Below, piece by piece: positions 36,763 to 45,591 of a stretch of 64,000 nt of DNA (positions are counted from its first letter, which is position 1; each line of letters begins with the position of its first letter). This stretch comes from an uncultured Thalassospiraceae bacterium (GTDB lineage: Bacteria > Pseudomonadota > Alphaproteobacteria > Rhodospirillales > JAPHRK01), in the NCBI GenBank assembly GCA_965368165.1, contig CBDULT010000010.1:8773-72772 (forward strand). Direction: 5' to 3'. The notes beneath the pieces are model-generated. The model was not told the DNA's origin. It made no database searches and saw only the letters and a list, made by a program, of their open reading frames with translations. A program made the translations under genes and the position numbers.

Positions 36763-39183
36763 ATGGCACGGACAGTTGGAAATATGCAGCGCGGCCCTAT
36801 CCTTCCTCAAGGGGTAACGGACTATATGCTGCTAAGGGCGAAGCAAGGCGTTGGTCTGCTTCTTGTCCTGGGTGCGTGGGCGCTTATCGCCGCGCTGGTC
36901 TCCTTTAGCAGCGACGATCCTTCGCTCAACACGGCGTCGGGTGTTAGTCAGGCTCAAAATCTGCTGGGTCTGGTCGGTGCCTATTTGTCCGATATCCTTC
37001 TCCAAACCTTTGGTCTAGCAGGCGGCGTGCCTGCCTTACTGCTTGGTGTTTGGGGCTGGCGACTGTTTAGAAAACGTGATTTTAGCCATCAATGGCTGCG
37101 TCTGATCATAGGCCTTTGGGGCATGGTGGTTCTTGCCGTCGGGTTAGCTGTTATTGCCCCTCCTTTGTGGTGGCCCTTGAGCGGAAGTCTCGGGGGCGTT
37201 TCAGGTTTGGTCCTCCTTGAACGGATTTCTTATGCCTCCCTAACATTGCTCAATGTACAAATAAACGGCAGCTTTATTATTTATGCTGTTGCGCTTGTCT
37301 GCGGTCTCATTGGGAGCCTTTGCATCGTCTATGCCTTTGGCCTTAGCTCTCAAGAATGGCAAAGCCTGCGGCAGACCCTCATTCAATTTACCATTGCTGT
37401 TTATCACTTTAGCATCAAGATTGGCGACAAAGCTGGGGCGTTTGCTAAGGCAACCGCAGCAACAAAGATTACACCAAAAATTTCAGTAGAAGAGCCTGAA
37501 ACCATTGTCGAAACGCCGGTTCTTGATCGCGGCCTTGTCGCTGAGCCCGTTGTGGTTTCTTCCCTAGATGAAAAACCTGCAAAAATTGTTGAACCCCGCC
37601 AACCCAAAGCCAAGCAAGGCAAGCGGGCAACAAAAGAACGGCAACAAAGTCTCGACCTTTCCTTGGACAGTGAGTTTCAATTACCACCGCTTGATCTGCT
37701 CACCAGCGAAACAAAAACCAAAGGAAAAAGTCAGGTTACCACCGACATGCTGGAGCAAAATGCCCGCCTGTTGGAATCTGTACTTGATGACTTCGGCGTC
37801 CGAGGCAAAATCGTCAAAGTGCGCCCCGGCCCTGTGGTCACCCTTTATGAACTTGAACCTGCCCCTGGCACCAAAACCTCGCGGGTCATTGGTCTTGCCG
37901 GAGATATCGCCCGCTCCATGAGTGCAGTTTCTGTCCGCATTGCTGTGGTACCAGGACAAAATGTTATTGGTATCGAGCTTCCTAATCTGGATCGGGAAAT
38001 TGTCCACCTGCGGGAAATGCTTGAGTCAGAAAGTTACGAAAAATCTCAAGGCGGCCTCACCCTCGCCCTGGGCAAAGATATTGGCGGTGCCCCGATTAAT
38101 GTTGATCTGGCGCGCATGCCTCACCTCTTGATCGCCGGAACCACAGGCTCTGGTAAATCCGTCGCCGTCAACACCATGATCTTGAGCCTGCTTTACCGCA
38201 TGTCTCCCGATGAGTGCAAATTCATTATGGTTGATCCCAAGATGCTGGAGCTGTCCATCTATGACGGTATTCCTCATCTTTTGGCTCCTGTTGTTACCGA
38301 TCCCAGTAAGGCCGTTGTTGCCTTGAAGTGGACCGTGCGGGAAATGGAAGACCGTTATCGTGCCATGGCCCAGCTCGGGGTTCGCAATATTTCTGGCTAT
38401 AATTCAAGGCTCGCCGAAGCTCGCAAAAAGAACGAAGCCTTATCTCGCACTGTTCAAACCGGATTTGATCATGAAGGTAAGCCCGTCTATGAAGAGCAGC
38501 CTTTGTGCATGGATCCCTTGCCTTTCATTGTTGTCGTGGTTGATGAAATGGCTGACCTTATGCTGGTGGCGGGCAAAGACATCGAAGCCACCATCCAGCG
38601 TCTGGCCCAAATGGCCCGTGCCGCCGGGATTCACTTGATTATGGCAACCCAACGGCCTTCCGTTGATGTCATTACCGGAACCATTAAAGCCAACTTCCCA
38701 ACCCGGATTAGTTTCCAGGTCACCTCTAAAATCGATAGCCGTACTATTCTAGGCGAGCAAGGAGCCGAGCAGCTTCTCGGTCAGGGTGATATGCTTTATA
38801 TGGCGGGTGGCGGACGGATCAGCCGGGTGCATGGCCCCTTTGTTGCCGACGGGGAAGTAGAGGCCGTGGTGACCAGCCTCAAGGCCCAGGGCCAGCCAAG
38901 TTATGTTGATGCGGTGACAGTTGAAGACGAAAATGCCCCACCAATTCTCGGTGCTCCTGGTAGCGAAGGGGGCAATAGTGGCAGCAAAGACGACCAGCTT
39001 TATGATCAGGCCATTGCCATCGTTGCCCGTGAAGGCAAAGCCTCCACCAGTTTTGTTCAACGCCATCTGCAAATTGGCTATAACCGTGCCGCCCGCTTAA
39101 TCGAGCGCATGGAAGCCGAGGGCGTGATCAGCAAAGCCAATCGGGTCGGCAAGCGAGAAGTCCTAGTCGGCCATCACGAATAA
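36763..39183 (+). CDS. ftsK: DNA translocase FtsK
   Basis: 806 aa with N-terminal TM helices, a Pro/Lys-rich linker, the motor domain with Walker A GTTGSGKSV, and a C-terminal gamma (winged-helix) domain. Confidence 0.96.
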   Translation: MARTVGNMQRGPILPQGVTDYMLLRAKQGVGLLLVLGAWALIAALVSFSSDDPSLNTASGVSQAQNLLGLVGAYLSDILLQTFGLAGGVPALLLGVWGWRLFRKRDFSHQWLRLIIGLWGMVVLAVGLAVIAPPLWWPLSGSLGGVSGLVLLERISYASLTLLNVQINGSFIIYAVALVCGLIGSLCIVYAFGLSSQEWQSLRQTLIQFTIAVYHFSIKIGDKAGAFAKATAATKITPKISVEEPETIVETPVLDRGLVAEPVVVSSLDEKPAKIVEPRQPKAKQGKRATKERQQSLDLSLDSEFQLPPLDLLTSETKTKGKSQVTTDMLEQNARLLESVLDDFGVRGKIVKVRPGPVVTLYELEPAPGTKTSRVIGLAGDIARSMSAVSVRIAVVPGQNVIGIELPNLDREIVHLREMLESESYEKSQGGLTLALGKDIGGAPINVDLARMPHLLIAGTTGSGKSVAVNTMILSLLYRMSPDECKFIMVDPKMLELSIYDGIPHLLAPVVTDPSKAVVALKWTVREMEDRYRAMAQLGVRNISGYNSRLAEARKKNEALSRTVQTGFDHEGKPVYEEQPLCMDPLPFIVVVVDEMADLMLVAGKDIEATIQRLAQMARAAGIHLIMATQRPSVDVITGTIKANFPTRISFQVTSKIDSRTILGEQGAEQLLGQGDMLYMAGGGRISRVHGPFVADGEVEAVVTSLKAQGQPSYVDAVTVEDENAPPILGAPGSEGGNSGSKDDQLYDQAIAIVAREGKASTSFVQRHLQIGYNRAARLIERMEAEGVISKANRVGKREVLVGHHE

Positions 39184-39219
39184 GCCATATTTTACCATGA
39201 AGGTAACAGTCCCTCATCC

Positions 39220-39240
39220 TCACCGGGCTTGACCCGGTGA
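39220..39240 (+). terminator. GC-rich hairpin after ftsK (TCACCGGG-CTTGA-CCCGGTGA)
   Basis: 8-bp stem 37 nt after the ftsK stop. The trailing sequence TCTTGCTGGTTG is only weakly U-rich. Confidence 0.4.
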
Positions 39241-39277
39241 TCTTGCTGGTTGATACAAATAACAACCTAAAATAATT

Positions 39278-39943
39278 ATGGTGCCTATGGTGATGACACG
39301 GACATTTCTTTTCCTTCTCGGCTTGAGCTTTTTTTGGTCATCGGCACCTCAAGCTGCAGCGGATAATCTCACCAAAGCATCCGCAATTAAACTTACTGCC
39401 AGCCAGTCAGCATTGGTCCAGAAGGTTGAAAAATACCTCAATGCTGTGACCACCATCAAATCTCGATTTGTTCAGGCCTCTTCCAACGGAGCCATGGCAG
39501 AGGGCTGGGTCTACCTCAAAAAACCCGGAAGATTTCGGTTTGAATATGATCCCCCAGTTCCAGTTGTCATCGTCGCCGATAATTGGTGGATCGGCTATTA
39601 CGACCTTGAGCTTGAGCAAAAAAGCCACACCCTGCTCAGCAGTACCCCGGCAAACATGCTGGTCGGGGAGGGTATTTCCTTTAAAAAGGATGTCATCGTT
39701 ACCCATTTTCGTCAGGAAAAAAATATCATGAGCCTGACCATAAACAGTGCCGATGAAGATGATGAAGGCGCCCTTACCTTGACCTTTAACCTGTCACCTT
39801 TCCGGCTGCACCAATGGTCTGTCATCGATGCCCAGGGCATCCACACCGACCTCACCTTGATGAAACCCCAATTCGGCATTCCCCTGAACGAAGACCTTTT
39901 CATCCAAGATGATGTCAACCTCATTCGCAAAAAAGGGCATTAG
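39278..39943 (+). CDS. lolA: outer-membrane lipoprotein carrier protein LolA
   Basis: 221 aa with a signal peptide (..FLFLLGLSFFWSSAPQAAA) and F(V/T)Q.. LolA-like core motifs. The start could be 39278, 39287 or 39293. Confidence 0.85.
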   Translation: MVPMVMTRTFLFLLGLSFFWSSAPQAAADNLTKASAIKLTASQSALVQKVEKYLNAVTTIKSRFVQASSNGAMAEGWVYLKKPGRFRFEYDPPVPVVIVADNWWIGYYDLELEQKSHTLLSSTPANMLVGEGISFKKDVIVTHFRQEKNIMSLTINSADEDDEGALTLTFNLSPFRLHQWSVIDAQGIHTDLTLMKPQFGIPLNEDLFIQDDVNLIRKKGH

Positions 39944-40114
39944 TAAACTTCGTTTGCAATATTTTTGCTTAAGAACTTAAGAAGGCTCACGCCAAACGAT
40001 TGGCGGGGCCTTGTAAAAGAAACAAGCTTTATGCATGCGAAAAATACATAGCAGCATTGCATTAATTGCATTGGTTAATTTGGGAGGTACTACCATTTAT
40101 ATAACGTCTATCGG

Positions 40115-40226
40115 CTGGATTACAAAATCCAGTAGAGCGAGAAAAGTACCCCCCTACTTTTCTCTAGCTCCTAAAGGAGCCTATAGTGCGCCCGGCCTCC
40201 CCCCAATTGGTCGGGCGTATTTTTTT
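40115..40226 (+). ncRNA. candidate structured small RNA (or lolA 3'-UTR-derived RNA) ending in a strong intrinsic terminator
   Basis: Four consecutive hairpins. (1) CTGGAT-TACAAA-ATCCAG, 40115-40132. (2) GAGAAAAGTA-CCCCCC-TACTTTTCTC, 40139-40164. (3) GCTCC-TAAA-GGAGC, 40167-40180. (4) Terminator CGCCCGGCC-TCCCCCCAATT-GGTCGGGCG at 40189-40217, followed by TATTTTTTT. The 5' end is undefined because I found no convincing promoter. Confidence 0.4.
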
Positions 40227-40460
40227 CATCTTCGATGGTCTGACTTAAGGCATTTCCCCTAAAACCCTTGAAACACCATATCTAAGGCATCTGTTATCTC
40301 AGCAAAATGCTCAGACAGGTTTTGCACGGAAGTAATTAATCAAGCAAATCTGCCTGGGCCTCTAACAGATAATTCTTGCTGTTGGGGTTGGCATAAACCT
40401 CTCCTCATATTATATGAGCATAATTTATGTGCGCGATTTTATAAATCCAAATGGACAGTA

Positions 40461-41138
40461 CTACCCGCCCCAAACTGCCTCTTTAATCTCGCCGACAAAC
40501 TTGGCATGAGCTGCCAGTTCTTCTTCGCTTGGCGCATGGGGGCGGGGGTCGCGGTAAGGTTTATCGGTTGTGATTTTTTTGGGGCCACCTGTGGTCTTTT
40601 TATCATTGGCAAGGCTAAGGCCCCGTTGGCGACCATCGATTAGTTCGAGATAAACTTGGGCCAGCAGGTCGGCATCGAGAAGGGCACCGTGGTAGGTGCG
40701 GTTAGAATTGTCGATACCAAATTTATTACACAGGGCATCAAGATTCACTTTTGTACCAGGGAACTTATTACGGGCGATGCGCACGGTATCTAGTGATTGC
40801 TCCATAGAAAGCTCGTCTTTACCCAACAGATTAAGTTCGGCATTAATAAAGCCCATATCAAACTCGGCATTGTGAATCACCAAGGTTGAATCTTGAATAA
40901 ATTCAAGGAAAGCATCGACGACCCCGGCAAAGTTAGGCTCATTGGCAACCTTTTCATTGGTGATGCCATGGACCTTGACCACCTCGTCAGGAATATCTCG
41001 TTCCGGGTTAATATATTGATGGTAAACTTGACCTGTTGGCATATGGTCGATCAGTTCAACGCAGCCTATTTCAACAATTCGATGGCCTGACTTAGGGCTT
41101 AAACCGGTTGTTTCCGTATCAAGGACGATTTCACGCAC
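40461..41138 (-). CDS. dnaQ: DNA polymerase III epsilon subunit (3'-5' exonuclease)
   Basis: 225 aa with ExoI VLDTETTGL and ExoIII HGALLDADLLAQVY. Confidence 0.95.
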   Translation of the reverse strand: MREIVLDTETTGLSPKSGHRIVEIGCVELIDHMPTGQVYHQYINPERDIPDEVVKVHGITNEKVANEPNFAGVVDAFLEFIQDSTLVIHNAEFDMGFINAELNLLGKDELSMEQSLDTVRIARNKFPGTKVNLDALCNKFGIDNSNRTYHGALLDADLLAQVYLELIDGRQRGLSLANDKKTTGGPKKITTDKPYRDPRPHAPSEEELAAHAKFVGEIKEAVWGG

Positions 41139-41745
41139 TATATTTTCCTTTTCGAACCGATTTTATGACTTTTTGTACCTGCTTAAAGGCAAAGTAACGT
41201 CCATTTCCCGTATTAATGACAAAATCCGCCCGACGACGCTTTAAGGTATCGTCGAGTTGCGCCCCTCGAATGGAGGCCAATTTATCTGCTGTCATGTCCG
41301 GGCGAGCCATCACCCGTTGAGTCTGTAAGAATTTTGGCGCAGAGACAACGACCACTAAATCACAACTCTTATCTCCCCCTGTTTCAAACAGCAGGGGAAT
41401 ATCAAGCACCACTATTTTATGCCGAGCGAGCGCAGCGCGCCTTAAAAATTTTTGTTTCTCTTCGCCCACAAGAGGATGAACGATAGATTCTAACTTTTTG
41501 AGAGCCTCAGAGTTGCCAAAAACCTGCTTGCCAAGAGCTTTTCGATTAACCGCGCTATTTTCTACGGTGCTAGGGAAGGCTGTGCCAACAGGCCCAACCG
41601 CTCTTCCGCCTTTGGCAAAAAGTTTATGCACTGAGGCATCGGCATCATGGACCGGAACACCGAGGCGTCTAAACATTTTCGCCGTTTCGCTTTTGCCCAT
41701 GCCGATTGACCCGGTTAGGCCGATGATGGTGAAGGGGTATTTCAC
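41131..41745 (-). CDS. coaE: dephospho-CoA kinase
   Basis: 204 aa with P-loop IGLTGSIGMGKS. Overlaps dnaQ by 8 nt. Confidence 0.93.
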   Translation of the reverse strand: MKYPFTIIGLTGSIGMGKSETAKMFRRLGVPVHDADASVHKLFAKGGRAVGPVGTAFPSTVENSAVNRKALGKQVFGNSEALKKLESIVHPLVGEEKQKFLRRAALARHKIVVLDIPLLFETGGDKSCDLVVVVSAPKFLQTQRVMARPDMTADKLASIRGAQLDDTLKRRRADFVINTGNGRYFAFKQVQKVIKSVRKGKYSA

Positions 41746-42581
41746 AACTGATCCTTCAGCATAAGGGCCCTCAAGGTCTGATCTACTTCCGGCTTTTGAC
41801 CAAACCAGGCTTCAAACCCAGGTCGCGCCTGATGGAGTAACATGCCAATGCCGTCAACAGCTACATTGCCTTGGTTTTTAGCGGTCTTGAGGAGGTCGGT
41901 CACCAAGGGACTATAGACAATATCGTTGACCACAGCGGTTTTTGGCAGAGAGGATAGATCAATTTCTAAAGGGGGCTGGCCTGTCATGCCCAAGGTCGAG
42001 GCATTAACCACAAGAGCCGCCCCATCAAGGGCTTGGGACCGTTCTTCCCACTCAACCACACGAGCCGTCCCGAACTCTTCTGCCAAACTCTCGGCCCGTG
42101 AGCGGGTGCGATTAGTCAGGCGAATGTCGCTCACCCCATCATCGATCAAGGCGGCTAAAACGGCCCGAGCCGCACCCCCGGCCCCAATAACCACGGCGGG
42201 GCCATTGCTGGCTTTATAGGCAGGGGCACCGGATTTAAGATTTTCAAGGAAGCCATAACCGTCCGTATTATCGCCGAAAAGCGAGCCGTCATCCTGGACA
42301 ACCACTGTATTAACCGCCCCGACCCTTTTTGCTCGTTGGCTTAAGCTATCAACAATTTTCATTGCCAGTTCTTTGTGGGGAACTGTGAGGTTACACCCCC
42401 TGAAACCTAACATTGGTAAGGCCCGCAACGCGGGTTCGATATTTCTTGGGTCCACGGCCAAGGGAAGGTAAGCCCCATCAATGGCGTATTTATGGAGCCA
42501 ATATCCATGCAATTGGGGAGAGCGAGAATGGGCGACGGGCCAGCCCATCACCCCTGCTAATTTCGCTTTGCCGCTGATCAT
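41742..42581 (-). CDS. aroE: shikimate dehydrogenase
   Basis: 279 aa with GWPVAHSRSPQLH and GAGGAARA. Confidence 0.93.
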   Translation of the reverse strand: MISGKAKLAGVMGWPVAHSRSPQLHGYWLHKYAIDGAYLPLAVDPRNIEPALRALPMLGFRGCNLTVPHKELAMKIVDSLSQRAKRVGAVNTVVVQDDGSLFGDNTDGYGFLENLKSGAPAYKASNGPAVVIGAGGAARAVLAALIDDGVSDIRLTNRTRSRAESLAEEFGTARVVEWEERSQALDGAALVVNASTLGMTGQPPLEIDLSSLPKTAVVNDIVYSPLVTDLLKTAKNQGNVAVDGIGMLLHQARPGFEAWFGQKPEVDQTLRALMLKDQL

Positions 42582-42603
42582 TGTTTTCTGGTCCCCGTTT
42601 TAC

Positions 42604-43212
42604 CTATTTTTCCAGTATGCCCTGATCACGCAAAAAACCCAAGAGAGGGAGAAGGGGGAGGCCTAAAATGGTAAAATAATCACCATCAATTTTATCAAAT
42701 AACTGAACTCCTAGACCCTCCAGGTGATAGCCGCCCACGCTGCCCTCAACCCTGTAACCCACTGAGTCTACATAATCATCTAGAAAATCATCGCTAAAAT
42801 CACGCATGGTCATGTAGGTGGTATCATGGTGGGTCCAGATGATATTATTGTCATAAGCAATGGAAAGCCCACAAACCAACTGATGCTCCTTACCCCGCAA
42901 AGCCGTGAGTTGGGCACGCAAACCCTCCGGGCTACCCGGTTTATCAAACCATTGATCTTTACAAAAAAGAATTTGGTCCGCGCCGATTACAATCGCCTTG
43001 GGTTGCTTGCGTGAGACTTTCAGGGCTTTTTCTTCTGCCAGCCTTAGGGCGGCTTCACGAGCGGGCTTACCCGCCGCACGATATTCCAGCTTGACCACAT
43101 CTTCGTCTATATTCGCCGGGTCAGTGGTGAAAGAGAGGCCACACCCTAAAAGCAGACGGGAGCGTGCTTTACTGGCTGATGCGAGAATAAGCCCGGCAGA
43201 ATTTTGGATCAC
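42604..43212 (-). CDS. maf: Maf-like nucleoside triphosphate pyrophosphatase
   Basis: 202 aa with LILASASKARSRLL and GADQ. Confidence 0.9.
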   Translation of the reverse strand: MIQNSAGLILASASKARSRLLLGCGLSFTTDPANIDEDVVKLEYRAAGKPAREAALRLAEEKALKVSRKQPKAIVIGADQILFCKDQWFDKPGSPEGLRAQLTALRGKEHQLVCGLSIAYDNNIIWTHHDTTYMTMRDFSDDFLDDYVDSVGYRVEGSVGGYHLEGLGVQLFDKIDGDYFTILGLPLLPLLGFLRDQGILEK

Positions 43213-44027
43213 GAAGATTGTTCCTGGCGTTTGGTGTGGAGTTGGATAATAGCCGCTGCGGTTTCTTCAACAGACTTGCGGGTGACATCAATCACTGGCC
43301 AGCGATTTTTTGAATACATCCGTCGGGCCCATTTTACTTCTTCAATGACTGTTTCTAAATCCACATAATCGGTTTCTTCATGCTGGTTGAGCATGCGCAG
43401 ACGATTGCGCCGGATTTGGACCAACCGCTGCGGGTCACTGGTTAAGCCGACAATCAAGGGACCCCCGCTTTTCATCAGTTCCGGCGGCAGAGGACAATCA
43501 GGGACAACGGGAATATTCGAGGTTTTATAGCCCCGGTTAGCCAGATAAACACAAACCGGGGTTTTTGAAGTCCTCGAAACACCCATCACCACGATATCGG
43601 CATCTTCAAAAGCATTCATGCACTGACCATCGTCGTGGGTCATAACAAATTGCATGGCTTCAATACGTTTGAAATACTCGTCATTCATGGCATGCTGAAG
43701 ACCGGGCATGCCTTGAGCTGAGGCTTTTAAATGTCCCGCCAGCGCAGCAATCACCGGATCAAGCACCGGAATAAAGGGCAATTTTAATTTCCGGCAACCT
43801 TCTTCTAATATTTGACGTAAGTTTGAATTAACTAAAGTACAAAGGACAATACCGGGAGAAGAGGCAATAGATTCAATAACTTTATCCATTTGGGCTTCAG
43901 ATCGGACCAAAGGCCAGGCATGTTCTATGAGCTGTAAATCTTCAAACTGAACCAAACAGGCTTTGGCAACGGAATTCACCGTTTCACCCGTCGCATCAGA
44001 AACCAGATGGATATGATGTTCTGTCAT
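43209..44027 (-). CDS. kinase/pyrophosphorylase (PEP synthase / PPDK regulatory protein, DUF299)
   Basis: ORF track start 44054 is a TTG. ATG at 44027 gives MTEHHIHLVSDATGETV. GVSRTSKTP P-loop present. Confidence 0.88.
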   Translation of the reverse strand: MTEHHIHLVSDATGETVNSVAKACLVQFEDLQLIEHAWPLVRSEAQMDKVIESIASSPGIVLCTLVNSNLRQILEEGCRKLKLPFIPVLDPVIAALAGHLKASAQGMPGLQHAMNDEYFKRIEAMQFVMTHDDGQCMNAFEDADIVVMGVSRTSKTPVCVYLANRGYKTSNIPVVPDCPLPPELMKSGGPLIVGLTSDPQRLVQIRRNRLRMLNQHEETDYVDLETVIEEVKWARRMYSKNRWPVIDVTRKSVEETAAAIIQLHTKRQEQSS

Positions 44028-44492
44028 CTTATTTCTTTCCACATTCGCTGCCAATATTCTGTGTGTAAATTTGTCGTACCTGGGGATAAAGTCACCTTCT
44101 TAAAGAAAGTTCACTTTCCATCACCAACCTCATAAAACGACACCTTTAATCATCCTCTTGTCCATAGAGTTCTTCATAACAGGCGAATAGGGAGGAAACA
44201 AATTTTGATTAACCTACTTATCCCCTTAATTCTTCTTTTTAGAAATGGCGGTTTCCCTGCAAATTTTTTAGTTTTCCTGATTTTACTAACCGAAACCACA
44301 TTTATACCTTATTGCGCAGATATAAACCTGAATAACCTGTGGAAAATTAGTAATCCCCAGCTTTCACAGCCATCTACTACAACCCCAACCTTTTTTTATA
44401 AAAAAGAGTTTAAGAAGAGGTCTGGGAATAAGGGAAAAAATCCTTTAAAACCTTGAAACGTAATCACCCACTCGGTAGGAAAAGTCGAAGCC
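44028..44492. other. candidate chromosomal origin of replication (oriC)
   Basis: 465-bp AT-richer divergent intergenic region next to hemE. It holds two 1-mismatch DnaA boxes (44081-44089 and 44339-44347), several 2-mismatch boxes and A/T tracts. parS sites and parAB lie ~10 kb away. Confidence 0.45.
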
Positions 44493-45533
44493 ATGAATTC
44501 TCAAGATAAACGATTCCTCAAAGCCTTTCGCCAAGTTTCAGATGATCGGCCTCCTTTCTGGCTGATGCGTCAAGCAGGACGGTACCTTCCTGAGTATCGC
44601 GAGATTCGTAAAACAGCTAAGAATTTCCTTAATTTTTGCTACACACCTGATCTGGCTGTCGAGGTTACCCTCCAGCCTTTACGGCGTTACAACTTTGATG
44701 CGGCCATTCTCTTTTGCGATATCTTGGTGATCCCTGATGCCCTGGGGCAAAAGGTCGAGTTCCGGGAAGGGGAAGGGCCTGTTTTAGAGCCTATTCGCGA
44801 TATGAAAGGTTTATCAAAACTCAGCCTTGAAGGTTTGCATGATCACATGGCACCAGTTTATGAAACCATCCGTCGATTATCGAAAGAAATTCCGGAAGAA
44901 ACGGCATTGATCGGTTTTGCAGGGGCTCCTTGGACTGTGGCGACCTATATGGTCGAAGGAAAAGGCGGGACAGATTATTCAAATACCAAAGAATGGGCCT
45001 ACTCTCGTCCTGAAGAATTTTCACAACTGATGGATTTGCTGGTGAAAAGTACCAGTGCTTACCTTTTGGCCCAAATCCGCAATGGCGCCGAAGTTATTCA
45101 ACTTTTTGATACCTGGGCTGGGGTTTTGCCAGAAAGCCAGTTTAAAAAATGGGTGATTGAGCCGACTAAAAAGATCGTTGCCAATATTAAATCTGAATTT
45201 CCAAATGTGCCTGTTATTGGATTCCCAAAAGGAGCGGGCGGACTTTATCTGGATTTTGTTAAAGAAACGGGCGTTGATGGGGTGAGTTTAGATACTTCCA
45301 TGCCGCTCAAATGGGCTGCTGAGAACCTTCAGCCTCACTGTTTGGTCCAAGGAAATCTTGATAACCAGATGGTTGTAGCGGGTGGTAAGGCTATGGAAGA
45401 AGAAATTGAAAATATTTTATCAACCTTAGGTAACGGTCGGTTTATTTTTAATTTGGGACATGGCATTGTTCCTCCTACGCCCCCAGAGCATGTGGGCCGC
45501 TTGGCTGAAATCATCCATGGCTGGAAAAAATAA
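44493..45533 (+). CDS. hemE: uroporphyrinogen decarboxylase
   Basis: 346 aa with the N-terminal motif [17 protein letters not shown]. Confidence 0.96.
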   Translation: MNSQDKRFLKAFRQVSDDRPPFWLMRQAGRYLPEYREIRKTAKNFLNFCYTPDLAVEVTLQPLRRYNFDAAILFCDILVIPDALGQKVEFREGEGPVLEPIRDMKGLSKLSLEGLHDHMAPVYETIRRLSKEIPEETALIGFAGAPWTVATYMVEGKGGTDYSNTKEWAYSRPEEFSQLMDLLVKSTSAYLLAQIRNGAEVIQLFDTWAGVLPESQFKKWVIEPTKKIVANIKSEFPNVPVIGFPKGAGGLYLDFVKETGVDGVSLDTSMPLKWAAENLQPHCLVQGNLDNQMVVAGGKAMEEEIENILSTLGNGRFIFNLGHGIVPPTPPEHVGRLAEIIHGWKK

Positions 45534-45591
45534 TTTATGGGAATGGGCAAAGAGATTTATCAATTTCTTTTAATGCAAGGGGTAAACGGTT

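Noticed and set aside
40035-40262. 75-aa ORF in the lolA/dnaQ gap
   Set aside because: It has no RBS, a non-protein-like composition, and spans four RNA hairpins including a terminator. It is better explained as structured RNA.
39944-40460. Possible tRNA or two-piece alphaproteobacterial tmRNA in the large convergent gap
   Set aside because: I found no T-arm (GGTTCGAATCC-like) sequence, no acceptor stem with CCA context, and no tag-peptide reading frame. The CTGGAT-TACAAA-ATCCAG stem has a 6-nt loop, not a 7-nt anticodon loop.
44205-44456. 83-aa ORF in the hemE upstream gap
   Set aside because: The sequence is low-complexity and AT-driven (LILLFRNGGFPANFLVFLILL..., KKEFKKRSGNKGKNP) with no RBS. 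The region is better explained as oriC.
44100-44460. CtrA-binding sites (TTAA-N7-TTAA) in the putative origin
   Set aside because: Several TTAA words occur, but none has the required 7-nt spacing to a second TTAA.
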